Positions 37,883 to 48,006 of a stretch of DNA of 64,000 bases are shown here, one piece after another. The notes beneath the pieces are model-generated. The model was not told the DNA's origin and made no database searches. It saw only the letters and a list, made by a program, of their open reading frames with translations. Both the position numbers and the translations under genes were made by a program. Position 1 is the first letter of the stretch, and each line of letters starts with the position of its first letter. This DNA is from Lingula anatina (lineage: Eukaryota > Animalia > Brachiopoda), in the NCBI GenBank assembly GCA_051362555.1, contig CM120645.1, positions 18,910,001 to 18,974,000 on the forward strand. Direction: 5' to 3'.

Positions 37883-40773
37883 CTAATCCATTCATGTCTA
37901 CCTCCACAGGTGGAGATGGTGCCAGCAGCTCCGGGACCACTCAGATCAGTGTGGAGACACTGTTTAAGACAGCCCTGAACTCCAATCTGGCCGGCCCTCC
38001 CAGTCCTGCTGGGAAACAGAACAGGTGAATCAATTTAAACTTTTTACTGCTACGCACTTAATTGTATTTTCCCCCTCTGTAACAAATTGTCTGTTCCATA
38101 AATTGTTTTGACTCTTTTACTTCAACCCGCTTGAATGTGAAGAATTTAGATGAGATGCAAAGGCCTATTTTTTTTTTCTTGAAAAATTGTAGTAATTAAC
38201 CGAAAGAAAAATATATTATTTATATTATGTGGAGTGCCAATATGTGTGTATTTTTCATTCCATTTTGAGGAAACTTAGGTGGTCACGGAAGGGAGACAAC
38301 TTGAAAAAGTTTTTGTTAAAAAAAAAGACAATAATGATAACAAAAATTGGTAAAAATAATGATAAATATTATTTGTACCTAGCCATTTTTATCAGCCTGT
38401 TATATGTTGCCTGTATATGATCACATACATATTCTGTGGCTGCAGTCAAATGTCATTTCAAATGAATAGCATTTAAAACAGCATTATAAAGAGAAGTTTT
38501 ATTTTCTCATATTACAGATCTCAGTCTTTAAGTTGTGAGAGTCCACAGATGACAGGTCCAGAGGCGAACAGTGATATGCCGCCATTGCTGAAGCGCCTGA
38601 TGTCTGTGAGCACGGTGGAGGAGATTGAGAGACAGCAGAGGAACGAGTACCAGCCTAAGACTGACCAGAGCGGGTCAAGAGTGGACCAGCTGGACCCATT
38701 GGTGGGCAGCAGTGCAGGGGCATACACAGACGGTTCCTACAGTCCAGACACCCAGTTGAAAAGAACATTGAACATTTTACCCAGCTCATCAAAGGAGCGC
38801 CTTGCTAATTTCCCATCCTCTCCTCAAATCGGTCCCACCACAAACCCTCTAGCTGGAGCGGGAGGGGGAAGACCTGTGTTTGGGCTGTTCTCTTCAGAGT
38901 TACCCACTTCCGATGCCCCTCCCTCCCAGCGGAGGTCCCCTGCAGTGCCTAGTCAGCCTACACCCCCTAGTACACAGAGCCTCCATCAGACGGCGGGGGG
39001 TGTCAGTGGAAGTCTATCTAGTCAGTATCATTCCGCCCCCAACTTGCCAGGTATTGGTGTATATGGTCAGGTGGCCCCCTCGTCCACCCTAGTCACTCCA
39101 CAGGCCTTGAGCCAACTGTCCTCTGCTGTCTCTATTACTCAGGTACACACTTGGAGAATTTTGTAAAAAATAATTATTATTTATGATTGATTATATATAT
39201 ATATATATATGCTATGATCTGTCGTTTTTATAGTGAAATATAAGTAAAACAGTGATAACTAATGAAAATGAATGAATGTTAGGACATGTTTCAAATTGTA
39301 TTCTATGGTGTTCCAAATTTTCTCAAATTTTAAGGATGTGCCAAATGTTATCACATTTTAAGGATGTGTCAAATGTTATCACATATTAAGGATGTGCCAA
39401 ATGTTATCACATTTTAAGGATGTGCCAAATGTTATCACATTTTAAGGATGTGCCAAATGTTATCACATATTAAGGATGTGCCAAATGTTATCACATATTA
39501 AGGATGTGCCAAATGTTATCACATATTAAGGATGTGCCAAATGTTATCACATTTTAAGGATGTGCCAAATGTTATCACATATTAAGAGTGTTCCAAATGT
39601 GATCCCATTTCTAGACTAGGCCAGCCACAGTGTTGATATCTCCCATGGCATTTGAGCAACCAGTCAAGAAGTCCAGCCCGCCTGTGTCAGCAGGTCCAGT
39701 GGCTGCGGCCTCACAGATGTTCTCTTATACAGGTTAGAGTTACCTTTTTTTGTTCTGAGTGCACATGCATGCACGCACGCATGCACGCACGCACACATGT
39801 TTATTCACAAGTATGTGTGCGTACACCATGGTGCCTGCTTAGCTTGGTGAAACCAGTTGCTCCATGAATGTTAACTTATCTTTGTATTTGCTTAAGTTTT
39901 AATTTAGTTTAACTCTGCTGTGAAGAATGAATAGGTATTAAATTATGTGTACTTTAATGATTAATGTAGCTATCTCTAATGTGTTGGTTACAAATTTCAG
40001 GCAATTTACTCATTTTGAATATTTTATGATTTCAAGGTTTACAATGTTCAATAGCAGAAATAGACAATAGATTATGAATAAACACATACTGGCTTGACTC
40101 CCATTGATTGTTCAGATATTTGGAATCGAGCAGATTTAGAAATTATACACTGAAAATATTGTAAAGGTATTTGTCAGAGCAAGGAGGGAATGTAATTTTA
40201 ATCAATTAATTGTGATTTGTTCGAGTTTGGTGTGAAATTGTCTATATTAAGTTTATTAAGTTAGTAAATGTGTTTTTAATTTCAGGCGGAGGTCCAGTGT
40301 GCACCTCTTCTCCAGACCAGAGCCCCCCAGTGGCGCCCCCTGGTCCTGCTCACATTAACCCTCTGACCAGAGAACAGATGCAGCAGGCCTTGTTATATCT
40401 GATTAAGGTAGAGAAATGACGGAATGTCAAACATATTTCTACTTAGCTTTTGAAATAAAAAGGAAAATGTGCTGTATGTAATGAGTTGTCTAGAATTAAG
40501 CACAAAGTAAGAAAAATAATAATGTAAAAGCAGAATGAGGAGATTAAATAAGTCTCACTTTGAATATTGCATATGAATGTCACTAAGCTTTATTTAATTT
40601 ATAACTTAAAAAAACTTTGAATGCAAATGAATATGTAGAAAGATGTGGTTTCTTGATAATGTTTTTATCCAATGATTTATAAACAATCAATATTTCAGAA
40701 TGACCCTAGTTTCATGTCAGTTCTCCATGAGGCATATGTGAAAAGTTTGACAGAAAGTTTCAGCAAGAGATGA
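10404..40773 (+). CDS. DCP1: mRNA-decapping enzyme subunit 1 (DCP1A/B-like), whole gene span, 11 coding exons, 1665 nt CDS, 554 aa
   Basis: join(10404..10535,13495..13535,33475..33602,34268..34331,34831..34963,37587..37698,37910..38024,38518..39142,39615..39732,40286..40407,40699..40773). All introns are GT-AG and phases add up to an open frame. Contains the N-terminal EVH1 domain (MNLAALQQRDPYI..VALYSF..WEKTEIEGTLFVY..HGFIVLNRL..PFLLYRN..IWFYD), the DIMQMLSKAQDEY motif and the C-terminal trimerisation domain (LTREQMQQALLYLIKNDPSFMSVLHEAY). Confidence 0.95.
13063..13197. repeat. (GA)n followed by complementary (TC)n microsatellite
   Basis: GA run 13063-13112 and TC run 13175-13197. Confidence 0.95.
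13495..13535 (+). CDS. DCP1: DCP1 coding exon 2
   Basis: tttcag acceptor. Encodes EKTEIEGTLFVYQ(R). Donor gtaaat. Confidence 0.95.
13648..15445 (+). mobile_element. Helentron-associated non-autonomous element (HINE/DINE-like) no. 1, DCP1 intron 2
   Basis: 5' subterminal palindrome atgtacagacacagatgtgtctgtacat, followed by a (GTCGCC)n microsatellite. Internal ~160-bp repeats (13821, 13980, 14140) and ~300-320-bp repeats (14616, 14936, 15236). 3' subTIR tgtctgtacat (15413-15423) then short hairpin gacagctttgctgcc and ttgtt. T-rich insertion site. Confidence 0.8.
15962..18260 (+). mobile_element. Internally deleted Sola-like DNA transposon, DCP1 intron 2
   Basis: TIRs gggtcaaaacacgg...ccgtgttttgaccc, flanked by TTAA and TTTA. 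The subterminal motif tgtcccgtcagaga recurs in both orientations (16141, 16307, 16478, 16499, 17843, 17858, 18054, 18223). Transposase remnant inside. Superfamily assignment is from recalled motif similarity. Confidence 0.78.
16730..17528 (+). pseudogene. Frameshifted transposase remnant (Sola2/3-like DDD core plus C-terminal domain)
   Basis: Read across frames: KVHYWSDGA / QFK / DFGMEVQWYF / TTAHGQGPVDGIVGEMKHQVWRAVL, then GDFVIAEF...FLGQV...EVEVSFL...EDKAWIP. Multiple frameshifts and stops. Confidence 0.72.
29934..29968. repeat. (TC)n microsatellite
   Basis: Visible dinucleotide run. Confidence 0.95.
30849..31021. mobile_element. Short MITE with 5-bp TSD
   Basis: TIRs ctggggtagcgct...agcgctaccccag, internal ttagccaaat repeats, and ATTTT on both flanks (30844-30848 and 31022-31026). 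Confidence 0.8.
33475..33602 (+). CDS. DCP1: DCP1 coding exon 3
   Basis: tttcag acceptor. Encodes SANPTHGFIVLNRLGMNNQIEPITKEVEFQAQTPFLLYRNGK. Donor gtaagt. Confidence 0.95.
33895..33942. repeat. (TC)n microsatellite
   Basis: Visible dinucleotide run in DCP1 intron 3. Confidence 0.95.
34268..34331 (+). CDS. DCP1: DCP1 coding exon 4
   Basis: tttcag acceptor. Encodes (S)ICGIWFYDKEECERISELVN. Donor gtaggt. Confidence 0.92.
34503..34800 (+). repeat. Degenerate ~25-35-bp minisatellite (atatttgatattaaaccaggttcacc), ~10 copies
   Basis: Repeated tttgatattaaa.caggttcac motif ending ~30 nt before the DCP1 exon 5 acceptor. Confidence 0.88.
34831..34963 (+). CDS. DCP1: DCP1 coding exon 5
   Basis: ttctag acceptor. 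Encodes VASQLKRAG...QVDIMQMLSKAQDEYDK, the conserved metazoan DCP1 motif. Donor gtgatt. Confidence 0.92.
37587..37698 (+). CDS. DCP1: DCP1 coding exon 6
   Basis: tttcag acceptor. Encodes SSKEPQPMIDNPGASATPVSSSDLLKPTPRVASPHLA. Donor gtatgt. Phase 0 in and phase 1 out fit the neighbouring exons. Confidence 0.82.
37829..37875. repeat. Compound (CA)n(GA)n microsatellite
   Basis: Visible run in DCP1 intron 6. Confidence 0.95.
37910..38024 (+). CDS. DCP1: DCP1 coding exon 7
   Basis: ccacag acceptor. Encodes GGDGASSSGTTQISVETLFKTALNSNLAGPPSPAGKQN, where ISVETLF resembles the vertebrate LTVEELF motif. Donor gtgaat. Confidence 0.88.
38518..39142 (+). CDS. DCP1: DCP1 coding exon 8 (low-complexity S/P/Q region)
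   Basis: ttacag acceptor, 625 nt open, matches ORF 38549..39166 (PPLLKRLMSVSTVEEIERQQ). Donor gtacac. Confidence 0.88.
39331..39610 (+). repeat. 28-bp minisatellite (taaggatgtgccaaatgttatcacat[t/a]t), ~10 copies
   Basis: Nine near-identical units from 39331, plus a diverged tenth running into the exon 9 acceptor. Confidence 0.95.
39615..39732 (+). CDS. DCP1: DCP1 coding exon 9
   Basis: ttctag acceptor. Encodes TRPATVLISPMAFEQPVKKSSPPVSAGPVAAASQMFSYT (LxSPxxF motif). Donor gttaga. Confidence 0.82.
40286..40407 (+). CDS. DCP1: DCP1 coding exon 10
   Basis: tttcag acceptor. Encodes ...PLTREQMQQALLYLIK, the start of the trimerisation domain. Donor gtagag. Confidence 0.92.
40699..40773 (+). CDS. 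DCP1: DCP1 final coding exon
   Basis: tttcag acceptor. Encodes NDPSFMSVLHEAYVKSLTESFSKR with TGA at 40771-40773. Confidence 0.93.
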   Translation, partial: NDPSFMSVLHEAYVKSLTESFSKR

Positions 40774-43540
40774 GACCAGTGCTGCCACCTGCAGAGTCCA
40801 GTAGCCATCTTTGTTTATTTGATGCACAGAAAAGGCAAAGATGATGTTGGGTCATTTTATTTAATGGTATTATGATATATATTACAAATAGATTGGACTG
40901 AATTTGTACCTTTGTCATTGCATATGTTGTAAGATTTTTTTAAAAATATTAATCACATGACATTGCACTGTAAGCAGATTTCAAGATATTACGATTGTTT
41001 GACCTTGTTTTGGGATGACGAGAAGGAATCCCTTTATTTTGTGGTTTTTGTAACTGCAGTTGAGTAAAAAACCTGGGAACAGCTGAGGATATTTACTTTT
41101 CCAGGATTTTTCTGTAAAGTGCTTGTTTGTTTTTTTTTTTTCCCCTCAATTATTATATAGCATCAGTTTGATTTTAAAAACATACCACTTAAGTATTATG
41201 TGAATGTAACAGGGTTGGAATTTGGGATCTTAAGTTTAGTAATTCACAGTTCTGTTACAGTAAAGGATACCTATTATTTGATGTTAATTCGTTCTTCATG
41301 TGATGCATATGCATTATTTATACATGTACAAAGACAGGAATGATTCAAACTCCTTACTAAACCTGCGCCAAATCATTTATTGTACTTAAGGGGGTGATAA
41401 TTTCTAGCCATTTTCAGTCATTGTACATTTTGATCATTTCAAGAGTTCAAAATGCGTAGAAAATTAATACAAATAACCAGAAATAATCATTTTATTATTT
41501 TTTTTTTTTACCCCAGGAAGCAATGTCCCCCCTTTAAGGATTGAGATAGTATTTACATTGCACTTACGTTGGTGCCTATTTTGCAGTTGGTGGAATTAGT
41601 AAAACAAAGGCCTAGGTATTCACATATAATACTCTGCTGTTTCCTTTATCTGTAAGATATTGTTGTAAAAAATGAAGATAACCATATAGAAGAATACTGG
41701 TGCCATGACTTAATGATCAAAATACAGGATATGTCTATTGATTATTTTGCTTTCACTGCCATGGATCAGGTGATCTGATTGTGGCATGTGATTGGTTACT
41801 TGTCACATGATTTAATACTGACATATCATTGGTCCTGATGCATAATGTGGCAGAATAGTGACTTTTCTGGCTTTGCAATAAGCAGATTATTGAAGGACCA
41901 GTGGTTGCCATAAGGTGTGATGCTGAATTACTATTAAACCATGCATGGCAAGTGTCATGCTAGTTGCTTGCTATTGGCCATTGTGCAGCGTGGCCTATAT
42001 TGGTTATATTATTGGCCAGTCTGAGTCACATGAGCATGGACGAAATGGAATTGGTCAGTATGCCATATGAAACATGCTGATGAAAACTCATTGGCCAATG
42101 TGCATTATGTGGTACCTTGTCATTGGTCCGTAGGGATCATGGCAAGACAAGGCCTCAATTTTGGCTGATATCTATCATATGACAATTCTGGTGAGGTATA
42201 GATTGGTTAGTGACATTCAAGCTTTGATCTTACATGTCAGCAATGAAATTTGTTGTTGCTGGAACTGATTAGTAGATACAAACATCATAAAGGCTTTGTG
42301 ATAACTTACATATTGGTTAGATCTTGTAATGTCCTAGATTTATATATGGTGAATTGTTGTCTTGTTTGTGCAACATATATTATTTTGCAGGATTGCCATA
42401 GGTCCACGTAATATGTCAGGTGACTAGAAAGTAAATTCCCATTGGTGCACAAAAGTCATGTGATATTATTTTGTTGACATGTTGTTGACTTATTATTGGT
42501 AAAGTCATGCCATGCCATGTTATTTTGTTACAAAGTAATAATCAGGTTGAGCTGAAATTAGAATAGCTTAAAGCGTGAATAATCAGTTGGTGTTTGCTGC
42601 AATGCATACATTACACTGTGTTTCCTGTGTTGGAATTCAGTGAAAGCCGGTGAGACGTAGATCTGTAAGGGAATTTCTAAATTTCCTATATACAAGACCT
42701 AAGAGTTAGTGCATGCTTTAGACCCACTTTATACAGGTTTGATTTGCCATCTCCTCTACTGGAGGATTTAGTGTGTAGCCAGTCTAAAAAAAGTGATAGA
42801 AGTTTAGCCTGTGGATATGTGTGTTTTTGTCCAATATAAATAATGGAAGCTAATACTCGACACAAAGGGCAGCTTGCTACGTAGACCCCTACATCTCCAT
42901 AGTTATAAACCTGAAATAGATCTGTTTCCATGCTTGCAGTTAGGGACTTGAAGCCTTTATGGGTGAGGTAGTGTACATCTTCAAGGGCAGCACTTTTAGC
43001 AACTTTTAGGGTGAGAGAGGCTTACAAATCTGCATTTGTGGCAATTTAGTGTAAGTTTAAGTCTGTCTTGTTTTGATTTAAACCGTAGGTAGTTTTGATT
43101 AAAGGGACAGGTATTAAACACAACTGATTCCTTTAGTTTTCTTAGTTCTATGATGTAACCACAAGTCGGCCTAAAACCATTTTCACATTATGTGTCATAT
43201 CTTCAGGATAGGGCTGTACTGGTATGTTTATAAGAGATTAATGACTTCATAGCTTTGGCTGTTACATAACAAAGACACCTTTGTGGAGCCTCCACACTCT
43301 ACATCCTCCACACACTCCTCACAGCCAAGGTATCCAAAGGAGGATTTTTGCACCAAAACTAGTATGTAATCATGCCAGGGAAAATGGTATTTTTTCCAAA
43401 ATTTACCAACCTTTAATCTTCCTTTCTGGACACTCACCATAACTCTTAAGCAGAGATTTTCCAGATGCTCCAGTCAAGATGGCGGACTACCTAGTCTGAA
43501 AGGGGACAGTTTTGGCAATATTAAGGCCATTTACGTGTCA

Positions 43541-45586
43541 TTAGTACCACCAGCGTGTACGCTGGCGGTACTCATGGTTTTAGTCCCGACCCGTCTCGTA
43601 CAGCTCCGCCGGCTCCTGCGGCTCCTGCGGCTCCGCCGGCTCATGCGGCTCCGCAGGATGGCGTGGGATACAAGTCACCGTTACCGCTTCTCCTCCTAGA
43701 CCGCAAGGACCTATGTCCCCATCTGTTGGATTTTGGTCACATATAATCTCAACTTGAACCCCCTGGTTTTTTTGTCTCAGTCGGTGCATTAGCCTGGGTG
43801 TGGTGCTCGTTGTAACACACCCTTGTCAAAAATTTTGAAAATTCAATGCTAAATATCTCCCATACCGAAGGAATTATGTGAAAAATTTCTACAGATGGCT
43901 GACCGAAAGTCATATGTGGAGATTTCAAATATGCCCTTGGATTTGACCTTTGATCTTTATTTCAAGGTCAAACTGGCCAAAATTTTCTAAAAATGGGAAT
44001 TTTTTGCAAAAAAATTATTATTTTATGCCGATTTCCAGAAACTTCACAGATGTAACTTATAATATTATGGACGGGTGTTACCCTTAGGGTCTTCTTTCAT
44101 CTTCGTGAGTTTGGGGTCAATCGGTGCATTTTCACGGGAGTAGTGGCCAATAGATGCCAAAACTGAAAACTCTCTCAAATTCTGGAACTGTTAATGCCAG
44201 AGACCTCTTGTTTTTTCATTTTGTAGAGCTTGTCAAGCGCAACACTGAAAGTGGTGTCCGTTTTTTGTTTTCGATACGGCTTAGGCATTGTACTATATCG
44301 ACAGTTCAACATCCAATATTTAGTGGTGAAAATAAAATGTGAAATACTACAAAATTAGCAGAGATACGCCCATAGTTACTATTGAACTTGAATAGGAAGT
44401 CATATACTTGTAATCTAACTGTGACCTTGAAATTGACCTCTGACCTACTTTACACCATGAACTGAACTTTGCAAATTTTCTAGCCCTTACATCTCTTAAA
44501 CTGGCAAAGATACCCCCATAGCTACTGTTGAACTTGAGTAGGAAGTCATATACTGGCAATCTTACTGTGACCTTTAAATTGACCTCTGACCTACTTTTCA
44601 CCATGAACTGAACTTTGCAAATTTTGGTTCCCTTTTCTCTCTAAAACTGGTAGAGATATGTCCATAGTTACTATTGAAGTTGAATAGTAAGTCACATACT
44701 GGCAATTTACTGTGACCTTAAAATTGACCTTTGACCTACTTTTTACCATGAACTGAACTTTGCAAAATTTTGTTCCCTTTTATCTCCAAAACTGGCAGAG
44801 ATAGGTCCATAGTTACTATTGACCTTGAATAGGAAGTCATATACTGGCAATCTAGGAATGACCTTTAAATTGACCTTTGACCTCCTTTTTATCATGAATT
44901 GAACTTTTCAAATTTTGGTTCCCTTTTATTTCCAAAACTGGCAGAGATAGGTCTATAGTTACTATTGAAGTTGAATAGGAAGTCACATACTGGCAAATTA
45001 TCTGTGACCTTGAAATTGACCTTTGACCTACTTTACAGCATAAACTGAACTTTGCAACTTTTTTAATACTTTTTTTATACTTTCAAAACTGGCAAAGATA
45101 TGCCCATAGTTACCATTGAACTTGAATAGGAAGTCATATACTGGCAATTTACTGTGACCTTAAAATTTACCTTTGACCTACTTTTTACCCTGAACTGAAC
45201 TTTGCAAATTTCCATTCCCTTTTATCTCCAAAACTGGCAGAGATGTGCCCGGTGTTGCCACTAGGTTTTCTCTTTTGTCAGCATATATGCACCACTGACA
45301 ACACATTTTAAGGAAAACCAATAGGCCTTTTGTCTAGAGAATCACAGGAGTGATCAATGGTAGGAAAATGCAGGTCAGTTCAAAAATCTGCTTGATTGTA
45401 CCATTTTTATTTATATTTTTTGGCATATTTTGAGAACTCTTGTTGATTGCATTTTATAGAGCTTGTCAAGCTCAAGACTGGTGATGGTGTCCCTTTTTGG
45501 GGGGGGGGGGGTCCATACGAATGCGCTTACTCCAGCTGGTGGTACAATATCTGGAGGCGGTATCGCCTCTCTGATCCTCTAGTTTT
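43541..45586 (+). mobile_element. Helentron-associated non-autonomous element (HINE-like) no. 2
   Basis: 5' subTIR gtaccaccagc (43544-43554) with adjacent inverted copy gctggcggtac, then a (CGGCTCCTG/CGGCTCCGC)n minisatellite and a central ~146-bp tandem array. 3' subTIR gctggtggtac (45535-45545), hairpin gaggcg-gtat-cgcctc, terminal ctagtttt. Confidence 0.82.
44345..45250 (+). repeat. ~146-bp satellite-like tandem array (~6 copies) inside HINE no. 2
   Basis: ccatagttactattgaa.ttgaataggaagtca.atactggcaa recurs at 44370, 44516, 44662, 44807, 44953 and 45104, each followed by ttgacct.tgacct. Confidence 0.92.
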
Positions 45587-45803
45587 ATGTTGTAAAAGTT
45601 TTAATTGCCCTCGGATAAGTTCAACAAGATGCAATCCATGCACTTACAATGTGTTTTAAATCCTTCATTGGGTACCTTTAATAAATTCCTACCTAAACAA
45701 TAGAAAGCAAGTTTGTATAGAATTTGTGAAATGTGGTAAGGTCTACTGTAGTGTGATTACGTGGTAGAACCTTTCAAAACTACTGGTACAGCTGTCTGAC
45801 TAA

Positions 45804-46003
45804 GGGCGCGCTCCCAATAAATCTCTCTGCGTAGATTGGTCCAGCTCTGGCTGAATGCTGTCAGATTTGCTGAATGACAATCCTCCTCGAGCAGCTAGCT
45901 ATAGGGGGCGATTAACTTTTGTTAATTTGCTTGCAATTAGCGAGAGCCTTATGCGGAATTGGATAAATCTACGTAGAACAAAAGTTCCATTGGGAACGTG
46001 CCC
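45804..46003. mobile_element. PIF/Harbinger (Tourist-like) MITE
   Basis: TIRs gggcgcgctcccaat...attgggaacgtgccc, with a TAA target duplication on both sides. Confidence 0.8.
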
Positions 46004-47442
46004 TAAGATGTAATACTCTGGGTGAAAACACCTTTAAAAAAATGTTCTGACTGTGGGGAATACAGCTTGTAATACAAAGGGTTCCATTTCACTGGGGTGG
46101 TGGGGGACTTGATAATTGCTTTAAAATACCACAGCCTTTATAGGGTACTGAGGGGAGGGGGGTAAAGGAAGGTTGGGGGGGGGGTAGAAATTAAATATTT
46201 CAAAAGAGGGAAGTTTCCAAAAAAAACATTCTGCAAATTAGTACAATGCAGTGCACAGTTGGAAATCATATATTGGTTTTGATCCCTACACAGGTTTACT
46301 TTTTAATATACAGTCAAAGATATAAGAGATTTCAGTACATCATTTTATACTATTGTCACAGAAAATGAAACAGCACAATTTATTTAGTTTGTAGATGTGG
46401 CTAGAAAATAATTACTCTTAAATTTCAAATGCCTTGCCTTTTTCAGTTGTTCAGTTTTTGTTTCTCATTTTCACTTACATAACCACAAAGAAATGCTTTT
46501 TGCAGTGTATTCAAATCATAAAACAAACTCTTCAAATTATCTTTTTCTTTTTGTTTTGGGGAAATGTTACATGTCAGTTTTGTTTCAATTAAAAGCTGAA
46601 GCTAGGTAATATTGAAAAGTTGAATTTATTTATTGTAATTGTGAGATCTCAGTTAGATTGTGCTGTTTTTATGGAATGTGTCACTTTTGTTTTGGTTAAG
46701 TATTCATATTCTCATTTATTTATTTATTTTTCTTTTTTGCTTAGTTTTTCCAGTCATTGCTCTCCTTTTTTTCATTTCTTCAATTTAACTTCTCTATGTT
46801 TGTATCTTGTATTGTTATTCTATTTATTTCTCTTTTCTCTTTCTCCCTTTTCTGTTTTTGAAGGCTGTGTATCTGACTCCTATATCTCTTCATTTGTATT
46901 GATTTAACAAGGCATTTTCAGGTTTTGGAGGGTTTCAGTTGGAGTGAGACAGAGTCTGAATTGGTGGATTTTGCTTTTTAAAGCAGATGGGGAGTTTTTT
47001 TCTCTCAGATTTTGCCATAGGTAGCCTTTGAATGCCTTTAATTAGGAAAGACAAAATGTCAAAACATCCCTGCCACTCTGGGACTTTTATTCAACCGGAC
47101 CCCCTTGATGTTTTGGAACTTGATGCGAGATTGAATTCTATTTTAATCAGTTTCATCATTTAATGTATCACAACATGATCTAGTCTATTTTCTCTTCTTT
47201 GTTGCTATGGAGACAGGTACACAGCCTTCGGTGTTGAAGATCACTAATAATAATGTCCATATACTATACCATTCCACTGCAATTAATCATCGAAGATTTT
47301 ATTTGACAGAGAATTATGAGTGTGTGAGTGTGTGTGTGTTTAAAATGTATCTTTTTGGATGAAGAATGCATGGAAAGTTTGGTTGCCATAGGCCATTGTG
47401 TGAATGGAGGTAGTGTGTTTACTGGGCGAGTACGTCAAAAGA

Positions 47443-47458
47443 TGTGTGTGCGTGTATT

Positions 47459-47493
<35 letters not shown>

Positions 47494-47512
47494 CGAGAGA
47501 GAGAGACGAGAG
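47443..47512. repeat. Compound (TG)n(AG)n microsatellite
   Basis: Visible run. Confidence 0.9.
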
Positions 47513-47791
47513 TTATAAGTATAGGTACAGACATTTGTGAATTATTCCTTCCAATACATGAGACTGTGATGTACTTTGATATAATGTAATATTTTGTTGT
47601 AGGTTGTTTGTGAATAGTCATTTTGAAAATGCTCATATTTGCACTTAAAAGTTTTCTTTAGTGAATCACTGATATGGCACCCACATATATTGGTAGTCAA
47701 CTTCTCCTATATCATTTCTCTTACTTTGCAAATATGTAACTTAAACACAGTAGTGAAATGGTACAATAACTCTTGGATTCAGAGACTCTTG

Positions 47792-48006
47792 CACCCCATT
47801 TCCATAGATTAGATCGACCTACTTTAGATCGACCTAACTCCCTGGGGGTTCACGCTAAATAGCTGTCAGCCGGGCGGACACGAAAGTTAATTACCCCCTT
47901 ACAGCTTGTAGTAGGCGGGACGGACATTTAAGTCGGATTATCTGAAAGTAATCTAGTGAGACTCCCCGCGGGGATAGATCGATCTAAAATCTATGGGAAT
48001 AGAGCC
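47792..48006. mobile_element. PIF/Harbinger-like MITE, same family as 55949 and 61965
   Basis: Imperfect TIRs ...ccatttccatag / ctatgggaatag..., a gatcgatcta subterminal motif, the shared core gtaggcg..gacatttaag, and TTG on both flanks. Confidence 0.72.

Noticed and set aside
39331-39610. 28-bp repeats as a CRISPR array
   Set aside because: Units are head-to-tail with no unique spacers, in a eukaryotic intron with no cas genes.
43555-43789. Pro/Ala-rich and Glu/Pro-rich ORFs
   Set aside because: They are translations of the 9-bp minisatellite at the 5' end of HINE no. 2.
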